Under the pieces are notes generated by a model, which did no database searches, was not told the origin of the DNA, and saw nothing but the letters and a program-made list of their open reading frames with translations. Both the position numbers and the translations under genes were made by a program. 64,000 nt of DNA from Octopus bimaculoides (taxonomy: Eukaryota), in assembly GCF_001194135.2 (NCBI RefSeq), contig NC_068990.1:88427180-88491179 (forward strand), in the 5' to 3' direction. Below are positions 13,088 to 25,608 of the stretch, in pieces; positions within the stretch are counted from its first letter, which is position 1; each line of letters starts with the position of its first letter.

Positions 13088-13919
13088 GTAATTATTCTTT
13101 ACATTTCAGTATTGGACTTAACCATGTTTTTTGAAATGCTTCACTCCATTTGTACTTCACAGTGATAAGTTTACTTATAAAGACAGACATAAATTTTTTG
13201 AAAATAAATAGAAGTGCAATGCTGGGAAGTATAAATACTGTTAAGGTATTTTCATTCAACATCTGTTCTTATTGAACATTTATATGCATGCGTTCAATTG
13301 GTTTTATTTTTAATATGTAAAAAAGGAAACTCGTTTTACTAAAATCTGTAGTAGCAGTAGAAGCGGCAGCGGTGGTGGTGGTGGTGGTAATGGTGATGGT
13401 GGTTAAAGTAACAGCAGCAGCAACAGTGTTAGATTTAATAGCAGCGTCAGCAATACTTGTAACAACTTTTTCTTCATTGATATTACTGCACAGTGTCTCA
13501 CCACTAGTTGCTGTCCTATCTAATCTGACATACAAAATAACATAGAAAATTTCATGCTTATCTTGGAAGATTTTTATCTCCTATATTTTGTTGTTATGGC
13601 AGGATGCCCTTCATATCACCAAACCATTATGCTAAATGAGGGGAGTACATTTTCCCATGTCCCTAGAATCAGAGAATTTGTCTGCTGGGACCAAGGAATC
13701 TTCTCTACTTAAAAGAAGATTCTGTTCAGAAAGCCTCACTAGGAGAACAGATACATTCCTAGGGATTACAAATAGTATTCCCTAATTACTAAAACAATCT
13801 CTAATTTATCCTCAGATAAAAATACATTTAATTGCATTTTTTAAAGTACAACAATGTGTTAGCTAGGATTGGTTTTTGTCAGAAGCTAGCATAAACAGAG
13901 CATCCTCCACTTTCACACC

Positions 13920-14359
13920 TTCAACACAAATGTCTTCTTGAGCTGTGCATATAAGTACTTCTGTCTCTTCAGATCACTCCTCCTCATCCATAGCCACCAG
14001 TCCTCTGTATCTGTCTTCACATTCATATCTCTTGCAAACTGACTATACATTTTCCTTTCCTTCCATGCTTTCTCTTTTTTTAGTTCATGTCTTGTTTACA
14101 TTTGCTTTTAGTTACACAATTATCATCATCAACATTATTCAATGATGATGGCATTCTTCGTGTGTTTCAACAGTGGCTCTACAGCATTTTTCATATCCCA
14201 CCTTACGCTGTTTTCCTCTGCTTTGATGCAGTCCTGGCAACTGATCAAACCTCTCCCACCCTTTTTTCTGGACAGGTATGGCCTATCGGTGTCACCCTTA
14301 GAGTGGAAGGCTCTGTGTACTTTCAACATTTTTCTGGTTTTGGTATCCATTTTCTTCAC
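13920..14359 (-). mobile_element. RLE-type (R4/Dong-like) non-LTR retrotransposon fragment, copy 2
   Basis: KMDTKTRKML...DRPYLSRKKGGRGLISCQDC followed by degenerate downstream coding sequence. Confidence 0.7.
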
Positions 14360-14364
14360 TTCTC

Positions 14365-15950
14365 TATCATCATCATCATCAATACTATTCTTTTTAACTC
14401 AGGTTTTGTTGGAACTCCTGGAGTTTTGGATGCCATGCATGACAGCCTTGCTGCCTGCAGCCTACAGTACTATGTCATTTGTTCTTTTCAATTATCTAAT
14501 TTTTTCCTGATTGTTCTTGCTGTGTCAAGTAGTCAAGCCATTTGTAACAGTAATACTGAGCACTCTCCCCTGATTTCCTTTATATTCCTTGTGATGTCTT
14601 TTGACACTGTTCATCTTTTTCATTTTCCATAGCTGGGCTATTTCGTACTTAAGAAGGTTACATATATCTATTTTTCTGCCCTCTATTTTGACTATTCTTA
14701 GGTCAAATGGGCACACATCATCAGCTATATAGCACATGTGATGCATCTTATACACCACCACTAGGTCTGGACTATTATGCCCTTGCACATGCTCTGTTTG
14801 AATTGGGAAAATGTACAATATTTCGCAGGCCTCCAATTCCACCACTCTCTGTAGTTTGTGGTCATACCACATCTTGCCTCTCTCTAGATCCTACTTTTCA
14901 CAGTTTTTAATGTAGCACATTCGCTACCTCATTATATGACCACAACTAGTAATGGTTTTGGGTAAGTCTAGGATATTCATTTGTGATATGGGCAGTGGTT
15001 TCATCCACTCTATTATGAATATGGCACAGTGAAGATCCTTGCTCATTCCTAAGGTTGACCCTCCATTTTGTGGTCAAAGCTTAGTCTTGTGCTCTCAGTC
15101 TTTTTTCAGTGTTCCTTTCTTTAGCATATCCCACCTATGTTTTCCAACAACTTCACTTGTGGGTGCATGGAATTCATTGTGTACTCCCTTGTTGCACAAG
15201 GCTTCTTCATGTCCTTTTTGTACTTCTTACTTTGTTTTTCCCTTTTTCTCTGCTTCCAATACTCCCTCATTCCTAACAGACACTAGCAAGGTTTCCTGAG
15301 TTTGATACATATACAGTCTTTAACATATATCAGTCCTCTTCCTCCATTTGCTCTCTTCATGTATAGGTGATCAGTGTTTGCATGTGAATGATGAGCTCCA
15401 TGCATCATTAGGAGCTTTCTTGCCTTTCTATCCAACTCCTTTCACTCTTTGTCTATTCACCTCAGAATTCCAGCACCAAACCAAACTATTGAGACTGCTT
15501 GTGAGTTTATTGCCAAAATTACATTTCTGGCATTCAGCTTTGAAACCAATTTTTTACTCAGTTGCTGCAGGAACTCTTTATTTGTCTTTTCTTTCATATT
15601 GTTGTGTTCAATGCCATCTGCCTCTAGTATTCCCAGGTATTTCTAACCATATTTGGTTCAATTGCCTTCATCATTTCACCACTTGTCATACATATGCTTT
15701 CTGTCCTGACAAGCTTTCCTCATTTCATCACCATCATAACACATTTTGAGAATCCAAGCACCGTCTTGATATCATTCAAGAAATCTGCACAAACTGAACT
15801 AGGCTGTCTAGTTCTGCTCCAATTTTTATGAAGTCATCCATGAACAGCAAGTGGTTCAGCTTCTCAAATCATATCCCAACTTTGTCTTCTGTCGTATTTC
15901 ACTTGAGGGACTTAGTCTACAGCATACACAGGATCACAAAAAAAAAAACA
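14365..15950 (-). mobile_element. RLE-type (R4/Dong-like) non-LTR retrotransposon, degenerate RT to 3' end, copy 1
   Basis: Minus strand in order: LNHLLFMDD (RT), ELDRKARKLLMMHGAHH...GGRGL, decayed Zn-knuckle region, then RLE-like PDLVVVYK...DVCPFD, then (GAT)n tail. Confidence 0.8.
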
Positions 15951-16441
15951 AATTTCACAACTTGTGAAGTAAACACAGTGATGTCACTTGGCATGCTGCC
16001 TCGTGAATATCACTGCTAGCTCTTGCTACACTCACAATTGTATGTTGCCATCTGTTAGCATGCTAGAGCACTAGTCCAGGAACGTTTTTGATACCCTTGT
16101 ACATAGGATAAATTCCAGCTGTTTCCTCTTGAAGCATATTTGCTTACTCTATTATTACAATCCAGTATGTAGTTGAGATGTTCAAATAATTGTTTGCAAG
16201 TAGCCTAAATGTTGAAACAAGGTTTCAAATAAGTCTGATGACCTACAACTTGTATGAATTCTTATTAGGATATCGTTTTGTGAATTCATTCTTTTGTTTA
16301 TATTATGTTGTCCATTTACAAAATTATGCATCATATGTTTTACAATATTTTATATAAGAGTGTGATGTTTATGTAGGTACATATGTGTACTTGGGTTGGT
16401 GGAAGAGTGAAAAATATATTTCTTGGTGTTTCTTTTTTCAG

Positions 16442-16675
16442 CCAATGATAAACCCGTGGTAATTAAAAAAGCTAACATACCAGATCAGTATACTTTTGGA
16501 CGATTTAAGAATAAGACCTTAGAGGAGTGTAGTCAAGCATGTCAGCAATATCAAGGATGTAATTCTTATGAGTACAACGAAAAAGATAAAATATGTGCCC
16601 TGAGTAATGTCACCCAGACAACTGAAGAACTTAAAGCTGACAATGGACTTTGGGGTATATATGTAATTAACTCAG
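16442..16675 (+). CDS. Exon B3: PAN/apple-like domain, class B (subtype a)
   Basis: tttcag|CCAATG ... TCAG|gtcagt; 234 nt; CSQACQQYQGCNSYEYNEKDKICALSNVT. Confidence 0.88.
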
Positions 16676-16728
16676 GTCAGTAGAATGTTTCCATTTTATT
16701 TATTGTTTGCAAGCCAGTGTGTATTTAT

Positions 16729-16764
<36 letters not shown>

Positions 16765-17059
16765 ATGTTGGTACAAACAGCAAAAATAGAACTCAAAAAG
16801 TGAGTATATGTATAATTTTATTAATATTTAGCAGAAGTAACAGAGTGACACAAGGTCTGAGAGTTTTGTGCATTGGCACTTATCGAAGTTTGATAAGTAC
16901 CAACAGACAAAACTCTTGGACCTTCAGTCACTCTATTACTTCTGCTAAATATTAATACATATACACACACACACACACAACTAGCACTCCATTAGTTATG
17001 CCTGCAAGTGAAATTCATGTACAAGTAGCTGAACTCTCTATAGACTTCAGGTATCTTTA

Positions 17060-17268
17060 ACATTTTTTTCAGGGAGATTCAATATAACATAAAATGTGTC
17101 AAGGCTGGTCCTTTGAATTACAGATACAACTCATTTTTCCAGTGGAGTGAACTAGAGCAAGATGAAATAAAGTACCTTGCTTAAGGATACAATGCATTGC
17201 TGGCAATTAAACTCACGACCTTATATCATGAACCAAATACCCTAACCACTAAGCCACATGCCTTCACT
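17060..17268 (-). mobile_element. tRNA-derived SINE
   Basis: Minus strand begins gtgaaggcatgtggcttagtggttagg (A-box-like) then gtcgtgagtttaattgcc (B-box-like). Confidence 0.65.
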
Positions 17269-17579
17269 ATATACACACACATAGGTACATGCATATACAT
17301 ACATACATACACTGTGTAGTAGCTCTGCTCAAACCATGTAATTTTTTGTTATCTCACTTTTCCCTGATGATATTTTGCTCATAACTTATAAATACAAATT
17401 TAATGCATAAATTTGTAATTTATCCAATGAGTATAAATGGAAACAGCTGTAGGAAGAAATGATTGTCAATTTATTAATAAGTAAATATTAACCACTAACT
17501 CACCATTTTCTTCTCTTAATTTATGTATTCTTTTTCTTCTTTTAGTCATTTGACAGCAGCCATACAAGAGCACCACCTT

Positions 17580-17593
17580 TATGTATATATACA

Positions 17594-17672
<79 letters not shown>
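17580..17672. repeat. (TACA)n/(TA)n microsatellite
   Basis: Direct inspection. Confidence 0.95.
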
Positions 17673-17675
<3 letters not shown>

Positions 17676-17812
17676 TGATGTGGATGTACCTGCAGATTTC
17701 TTCAGTTTCTTACAGCAAATATCTTTTGTTTTAAATTTGCTATTATCTCCCACTTTCACCCTTCTCTTAACATATACTTACCTTTGATATGAATTTCTCT
17801 TATGAATTCAAG

Positions 17813-17983
17813 TTCACAGAAATATTGATTGTGGACCACCGATTGACGTTGCTGGTGCAACAAAGTCTTACAGTTCCACCACCTTTAAATCTAAAGTAAC
17901 TTACACTTGTCCAGGAAGAGAAACATTTAAATCGAAATGCAAAAAGAACAGTAAATGGACTCCAGTACCGTCTGTTTGCAAAG
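17813..17983 (+). CDS. Exon S4: Sushi/CCP domain
   Basis: ttcaag|TTCACA ... AAAG|gtaatg; 171 nt; DCGPPIDVAGAT...YTCPGRETFKSKCKKNSKWTPVPSVCK. Confidence 0.86.
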
Positions 17984-18382
17984 GTAATGTAAATATGTTC
18001 TCACTTGTTGTCTCTGTCTTGGTAATTTTGTTTTAGTTTTATTAAATGTCTTTCTCAGAGGAAGAATGGTTGATTCCAAAACAATTTCCTCTAATCAGAA
18101 GCATCTTCAAATGCTTGCAAGAGAGTGAACTTTATTTAACATATCCAAGGGCCAGGTAATATTATTTATCTTGGTGATGGTTTAAATGTGCCTCACAAGA
18201 ACAGGAACTGTGGAAGCTTAGGCAAAAGACAAAGATATAGTGTTCAGGCAGATGTTGTGGGCTAACACACTTTTAACTGAGTATTGGGTGGCTTCCATGT
18301 GTATATGGAGGCCTCAGAGTTGCTTCACCATTTCGTCCCATGTCTTCCTGTGTTTACCTCTACCACAGATTCCCTCCACAGT

Positions 18383-18915
18383 TGTCCAAAGTATTATCTA
18401 CCGATGAGACATGATGTTCTAGTTGGGATACTGTATTATGAGATCCATTGAAAGGATAATCGCAAGAACAAAGAAATAAAAACCTACACTATGGTAGAAG
18501 CCATAGCCACTCATAATAAAAAGGAGTATTGGTGGAATGTCCCAGTGAAAACCTCAATAAAATATAAATACAATAGACCTGATGCAATGATTTGGGATAA
18601 TGAAGAGAAACTGGGTACAGTTGTGGAAATCAGCTGCCCAGCAGATGTTAACATAAAGCTGAAGATCAGTGAAAAAGAGAATACTTATGCTGAACTATTG
18701 AGGAATCTGCCGTTACTCTATCCAGATTACAAGTTCAAGTTTATACCTGTAATTATTGGGGCACTGGGATGTGTAACACGCTGCCTAAATACCAATCTTG
18801 AAAAATTAGGTTTCTCAAAACTAGAAAGGGGAAAGCTGATTCAAAGACTACAGATCTAAGCTATCATTGGAACTGTAAAAATCTGTATAACTTTCCAGAA
18901 GTTTATCGTTTAAGT
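18383..18915 (+). mobile_element. RLE-type non-LTR retrotransposon 3' end (restriction-like endonuclease)
   Basis: YWWNVPVKTS...NRPDAMIWD...VVEISCP...EKENTYAEL...IPVIIGALG carries the RPD-(E)-K PD-(D/E)xK motif; microsatellite tail follows. Confidence 0.8.
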
Positions 18916-19336
18916 ATCTATGAGCATTTCCAGATATGCAAGTATATGTATGAGATGAGAAGACATACATAAAACAACACATACAAATCTGCACATAGAC
19001 ATACAAACATACAAATCTACACATATACATACATACATACATACATACAAAAATATGTATACATACATATATACAAAAATACCTTGTTGTTGATGTTTAA
19101 ATTCCAATGAAGGAGCCTTGAATCTAGTTTAGAAACTGGCTCTTTCTCTATTGGCAAGAAATCTTGAAATAAAACTGAAAAATAACATACATACACTCAT
19201 ACATGTATGAATTTATAGCTATATGCAAATGTCTTCAATTTGTCCAGTCATCTTTTATTCTAAATTTGTCATCACATTCTCAGCCTCCTCCTAACATATA
19301 ATAATCATTGATATCAATTTCTCTTCTCAATTCCAG

Positions 19337-19507
19337 TTTACAGAAACATTGACTGCGGACCACCAAAAGACGTTGGTGGTGCATCAAAGTCCTTCAATAC
19401 CACCACCTTTCAGTCTGAAGTGATCTATATCTGCCCAAAGGGAGATAAATTAAAAGCAACATGTAATAAAGAAAACAAATGGACTACTGTAGTGTCTGAT
19501 TGTAAAG
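19337..19507 (+). CDS. Exon S5: Sushi/CCP domain
   Basis: ttccag|TTTACA ... AAAG|gtaatg; 171 nt; DCGPPKDVGGAS...YICPKGDKLKATCNKENKWTTVVSDCK. Confidence 0.88.
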
Positions 19508-21236
19508 GTAATGTGAATAGGTTATTTCTTCTTGTCTCTTTCTAGGTAGTTTTAGTCAATGCGCTTCTCAGTGGAAGAATGGTTGTGTCCATGACAATTT
19601 CTGTTATGTTTATGGAAGGAAGGAAGGAATAATCCTCTAACCAAAGACCCCCACAAATTCTTGCAACAGCGTGAACTTCATTAAAGCTACCCAAGGGCTA
19701 GATAATGGTATTAATATGGATGATGGCTTAAGTCCTCCACCGAAGAACAGAAAGTGTGGAAACATTCTTGCCAGCAAGCTTCCAACTAATTTCTGTCCAC
19801 CAAATTCCATTCACATGTCCACTAAATACCATATATTGTTGTTAAGTAAAACTTATGACCTCCACAGCTCATCTTGGTCATTTTCCTTTCATTGCTAACT
19901 TGACATTTTTCAACCATAAATCGTGACATCATCCTAATGTCTTTACAGTATTATATTCTGAATCCTTGTTTACTAGAACTCAGCAATCCTCTGAAACAGA
20001 TGTCTGTTGCCGTAGTAATCTTCCAGTGAACCATCATAAATTATCATACAAATAAAAATGATAACTGGCTTATACACAAAGCCAACAAGTTTTGATGACA
20101 GGTGTTTAGTCAGTAAGATCAACCCTTGAATTTAACTGGTATATTATATTATCTATCCTTGCAAGTCTAAAAGGCAAACTGATAATGAATGAGCCTGAAT
20201 ACTGAATACTTTTAATTCTCTAATTAATATAGATGTAAACATTGAAAATAAAGATGAGGATGATGATGGATTTGTCCTGAGTGTAGAAGGATCTCTGTCT
20301 GCCACCAGTTGAAGAACCCACCATCAAAGATCAACACAAACTCAAAGGACAAGTGTCTTTTCCAATTATTGTTCTTTGAGTTACAAGTTTATGATCTGAG
20401 GTCCTCATCCACTCTTGCCATCTTCATTTTGCATTCAATAATTTTTTTTTGAGGACAGTTCTTTCCTCTCCATTGTCATCTTCTTTACAATGAAACTTTA
20501 GGGATTAGGAAGGTGGAAACTCTCATGAGTTTAGGTCTTCATTCTGAGTGTCTTCAAAAGATCTTGTGTTATTTCTTTTTTTTTTTAACTCCAGTACTTA
20601 TTCGCCTTGTTTGATAGTTCCTCATGTAGATAGGTTTTCTTTGCTTATTACATTAAATTTTGAGTGTCCATGTTTACTACATGTATAATTCACTGGATGA
20701 TGATGAAAGAATAATTATTTTTGTTTTCCTAGGCAAAACATTGCAAAATCAGTAAAGTGATGAGTCTTGTGAACCTTATTAGTTGTATTCTATTACATTC
20801 TGGGTTGAAATCCCATGTACTTGAGTTTTCATTCTTCTGTGGTTGATAAAATAAGCACTAATCAAATACTGTGAATGATTTAGTTTCATGTATTTTCACT
20901 GCAAAAATATGTGGCCTTGTGCTTAAGTAAGAAACCACTATTGTTAATATTGTTGCTATCAACAATAGCTATAATTATTTTTGTTGTTAAAGGTAATGGA
21001 TCAACAGAATTCTTTTAGCATCAGAGAAAATGTTTTGTGGTATATGTTCTGACTCTTTAACTTCTGAGTTCAAATCCTGCTAATGTAAACTTCGCTTTTC
21101 TAGCGACAATAAAATACCTGTCAACTTTAGAAGTCAATTTAATTTGTCAATTCTGACCTCAAAGATTTGGCCTACTTTCTATGTTAGAAATTGTTGTTGT
21201 TATTTTTAATTGGTTTAAATTTTACTTCACTTCTAG

Positions 21237-21476
21237 ATATTCCAGCGAATTTTGTAAAAATAAGTAGCTCAGTTATGGATGTATCTGGGAAAATATTGTG
21301 GAATAAGAAAAATGTAACAGTAGAAGACTGTGCAGAAAAATGTTTGTCTTACAAAAATTGTTTATCGTTTGAAGTAACTAAAAAAGGTGGAAAATGTTAC
21401 CTACTTCAGGGAAGTGCAGCATCCGCCACAGAAATAAAAACATCAAATAGTAGAGATTACTACCAACGAGTAAAAC
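21237..21476 (+). CDS. Exon A3: PAN/apple-like domain, class A
   Basis: ttctag|ATATTC ... AAAC|gtaatt; 240 nt; CAEKCLSYKNCLSFEVTKKGGKCYL...RDYYQRV. Confidence 0.88.
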
Positions 21477-21624
21477 GTAATTATTTTTGCATCTTATTAT
21501 TCGATTCACTTTTCCTCTTTTTCTAAAATTAGGGATTCATTTATACTTCATATTATATTGACAAACACTTCTGTAAAAATATTCATAGGCTTAATTATAA
21601 GGTTCAACAACAGGTTCGACATTG

Positions 21625-22425
21625 ACATCATCATCCTCATCATCATCATCGTTTAACGTCCGCTTTCCATGCTAGCATGGGTTAGACGATTTGACAGGGG
21701 ACTGGTGAACCAGGTGGCTACACTAGGCTCCATTCTGATTTGGCAGAGTTTCTACAGCTGGATGCTCTTCCTAACACCAATCACTCCAAGAGTGTAGTGG
21801 GTGCTTTTACGTGCCACTGGCACGAAGGTCAGTCAGGCGGTACTGGCAACGGCCATGCTTGAAATGGTGCATTTTACGTGCTACCTGCACAGGAGCCAGT
21901 CCAGCGGCACTGGCAACAATCTCGATTTGAATGTCTTTGAATGTTGGTAATGATCACACTCAAATGGTGCTATTTACGTGCCACCCGCATGGAAGCTAGA
22001 CAGCTGCTCTGGCAATGATCATGCTCGGAGAGTGCTCTTAGTGCTCCACTGGTACAGGTGCCATCATGATTTCGCTTTCACTTGCTCCAACAGGTCTTCG
22101 CAAGCCGAGTATAGTGTTCAATGAAGGAATGGTACGCATAAGTGGGTTGGCTATATCCCTAGCAGAGGCCTTGGATTTTGGCCTCACTTGGCTTGCCGGG
22201 TCTTCTCACGCACAGCATATTTCCAACGGTCTCGGTCACAAGTCATTGCCTCAGTGAGGCCTAATGTTCGGAGGTCATGCTTCACCACCTCATCCCAGGT
22301 CTTCCTGGGCCTGCCTCTTCCACAGGTTCCCTCAACTACGAAGGTGTGGCACTTTTTCACACTGCTATCCTCATTCATTCTCGCCACTTGACCATACCAG
22401 CACAATTGTCTCTCTCGCACACCAG
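21625..22425 (-). mobile_element. RTE-clade LINE 3' portion with repetitive 3' UTR and (GAT)n tail
   Basis: RQLCWYGQVARMNEDSSVKKCHTFVVEGTCGRGRPRKTWDEVV; 3' UTR with recurring ggcactggc units; (cat)n on + strand at about 21627-21650. Confidence 0.85.
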
Positions 22426-22811
22426 TAGTAGCAGCAGCAGCAGTATGGCTGCTATTAAGTTTAATAGGATTAATATGCATCTACACTATAATGGAGAAAG
22501 CTGCTTATTAATTAGGTATGTAACAATTACTAAAAGTTCTAAAACAAAGCAATTGTTAAAGGGTTGACCTTCTGAATCTCCCTGAGAACTACGTTAAGGG
22601 TATACGTGTCTGTGGAGTGCTCAGCCACCTGCACGTTAATTTTATGAGCAGGCTGTTCCGTTGATCGGATCAACTGAAACCCTCATCATCGTAACCGGCA
22701 GAGTGCCATAATATGCAAGAGTGATAAAGAAACAAGGTGGGTTGTCTTTGGATGTGTTAGAAACAACAGCCAAATCACCCTTAAATCACTCACTTTTCAT
22801 TCTGAAAATAT

Positions 22812-22950
22812 TCTTTTCTATTCTAGGCACAAGGCCCGAAATTTTTTGGGAGGGGGCCTGTCAATTAGATCGATCCCAGTATGCAGCTGGTACTTAATTT
22901 ATCGACCCTAACAGGATGAAAGGCGAAGTCAACCTTGGCAGAATCTGAAT
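22812..22950 (-). mobile_element. SINE 3' fragment (same family as 51925-52270)
   Basis: Reverse complement contains gactt..cctttcatcct....ggtcgataaattaagtaccag...ggccttgtgcctaga. Confidence 0.6.
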
Positions 22951-24015
22951 GTAAAGACAGTTTCCCTCTGAAAATATTAACAATTTAAAAAAAAATTTTT
23001 TACTGAAAATGCTCTTCCCATAATTTTGAAGTGCAAATTATGTCCGGAGAGGGATGTAAAAAGAAAAGCGTTTTTAACACTTTTTTATACAAAGATGCAT
23101 CCCCCCCAACCCCATCATTTTGAAGGCTGTGTTAAAAAAAAAATGGGGAAAATCCCTGAAAACCCTTAGTGGTCAGCATGGCCATGATTTTGTAGGCTTT
23201 CTATGAATAATACAAGAAGGTTTTCCATCCTTTAGGGAATTATTACTCTTTACTTGAAATTTTTGTTTCTTTCTTTCTGTTACGCTTTACATGCTCTTTT
23301 ATTAATCCTACATTATATCATCCTTTAGCTTCCCCAATGTTTTTGACTACCCTTAGTGATTACTAAAGAAATATTGTTATTGTTGTTATTATTTTATAGA
23401 TATTTTAAAAATATTATATAATTATGTAGGAGTAAATATCATGTAAATGAAATTTTGAATAAAATATGAGAAAACCATTTGATGCATTCTTTTTTAAATG
23501 GACAATTTATTATAAAATCACGCTCCATTCACAAGATTAGTTTTTGGCGGACACCTTTATTAAGAATTACTGTGGATTCTTTTACATTACAAGACATTCA
23601 AAACTTTGCTTGAATGTTTCAGCTTTAGATAATCCATTTGTATATCCCACTTTTGTTTAGGATTAAATGGTTATATCAACACTTAGTATATTGGTTGAGC
23701 ACATGTTTAAGGGATTATTGATCTTATAGAATTACACCGATAGAGAAGAGATGTACAAATGAATTACCTGCAACCTAAATATTAAAACAAGGTTTAAAGT
23801 AAGTCTCAAAATGTTCTACCGTTCACATGAATTCTTGCTACAGTATCATTTTGTGAACTGGTTATTCAAATATAATATATTGTCCTTTTACAAAATTATG
23901 CACTACATGCTTTATAATGTTTAATTATGTGTGTGTTTATGTGTGAGAGAGAGAGTGAGGGTGACTAAGTACGACTGAGTATAAAATGTATTCTTTTCCT
24001 TTCTTTTTCTTGAAG

Positions 24016-24216
24016 CCACTGTTGCGGAGGATAAAGCAAATACTGGACCACCTATGGATGAAAATGTAAAGAGGTGTTATCAAACTTGCCTGAATTATGT
24101 AGGGTGTAGATCATTTGAGTACAGTGAAAAAATGAATGCTTGTCATTTGAGTAATGTGACTCGCTTGACATATAAAATTCAACTTGACAATATAACTGGT
24201 TCCAATATGAAACCAG
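24016..24216 (+). CDS. Exon B4: shortened, remodelled PAN/apple-like class B domain (subtype b-like)
   Basis: ttgaag|CCACTG ... CCAG|gtcagt; 201 nt, open; keeps the four Cys (CYQTCLNYVGCRSFEYSEKMNACHLSNVT); N- and C-terminal parts diverged. Confidence 0.7.
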
Positions 24217-24339
24217 GTCAGTGGAAAGTTTCCATTTTATTTATTGTGTGCATGTTTGTATGTATTGATAAATATATATTTATATATATATATGCTCATC
24301 AGAACTGCAATGTTGTATAGTAGTGAGACATGTACCATG

Positions 24340-24680
24340 AACATAGAGGATGTTAGAAGATTGGAAATAAATAAAGTAAGCATACCCCTTTGGGTATGCA
24401 CTGTAAGTGTACATGTCTAAGATAGTGTAAAAGTGCTGTGTGAAAAACTAGGCCTAAGAGAAATCAGATGTAATGTTCAAGATAAAAGTTTGCACTGATA
24501 TGGGCATGCAACGCATATGGATGAGATCAGCTGTATAAACAAATGCTGATCATTAAATGTAGCAAGGGCTTGTGGACGACATGGATGTAAAAGACATGGA
24601 TAAAGAGGAAAAGCTCGACCTCAAAATCTGAGCCTCACGAAGTAGATGACTCAGGACTGAGATATCTGGTCATACATAAT
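24340..24680 (+). mobile_element. Degenerate RTE LINE 3' coding fragment
   Basis: Decayed WYGH..RMDE.SCI.KC..L.V.G.CGR pattern with stops and frameshifts. Confidence 0.5.
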
Positions 24681-24725
24681 TCTTGGGAGAACCTACCCAT
24701 CATGCCAAAACTGACTTTTGGAAGC

Positions 24726-24728
<3 letters not shown>

Positions 24729-24788
<60 letters not shown>

Positions 24789-24815
24789 GCACGCGTGTGT
24801 GTGTGTATGTGTGTA
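24729..24815. repeat. (TG)n microsatellite
   Basis: Direct inspection. Confidence 0.95.
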
Positions 24816-25437
24816 TACAAGGTGTCCCGAAATTATAAGTTAGTAAGTTTAGAGTTGCGTCAAGAAAGTTAGCAGTTTTATGAGTGTTTTCGAATGTCAT
24901 AGGTTTAGGTTAGAGAAGAATTTATGTAGATCCTTTCTAGTTCTTTCTAAGGAGGATTTATTTATGCTTTTGGTGACTAGTAAAGCGTCGCCCCTGTATA
25001 GGCCTCCCTTAATGTTAGGGAAATTACCCAGCTAATGCAGATACAGGTATATTACAAATACAATTTGTAAATGGAACAGTAAAAATATGCAAGAATTTTC
25101 TCAAATTCAAGATGTGAATTTGTTTTTGTTATCTCCATTCTAGTGATAAAGCTTTGTATTATCATCATCATCTTCACTTAATGGCTGTTTTCCATGTTGG
25201 CATGGGTTAGTTTCTTTATTAGAAACCAATACATCAAATAATTAACAATAAAAGAGAACGTACATATGTACACACACACACATGCATGCACATGTGGTTC
25301 TATGTATTTATATGTGTGCAAATGTCTAGTTTGTTTCAGTCAACATCTTCTATTCTCAATTTGTTATTATCCCCTCATTCTTACCCTCTTCTTAATATAT
25401 ATTCACCATTAATATCAGTTTCTCTTACCTATTTCAG

Positions 25438-25608
25438 ATTACTCAAAAGTTGATTGTGGACCGCCGAAAGATATTGTTGGTGCATCAAAGTCCTACAATA
25501 CCACCACCTATAAATCTATAGTGACCTATACTTGTCCAAAGAAAGAAAAACTAAATTCAACATGTGAAAAGGACCATAAATGGACTCCAGTAGCTTCTAC
25601 TTGTAAAG
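25438..25608 (+). CDS. Exon S6: Sushi/CCP domain
   Basis: tttcag|ATTACT ... AAAG|gtatct; 171 nt; DCGPPKDIVGAS...YTCPKKEKLNSTCEKDHKWTPVASTCK. Confidence 0.88.
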
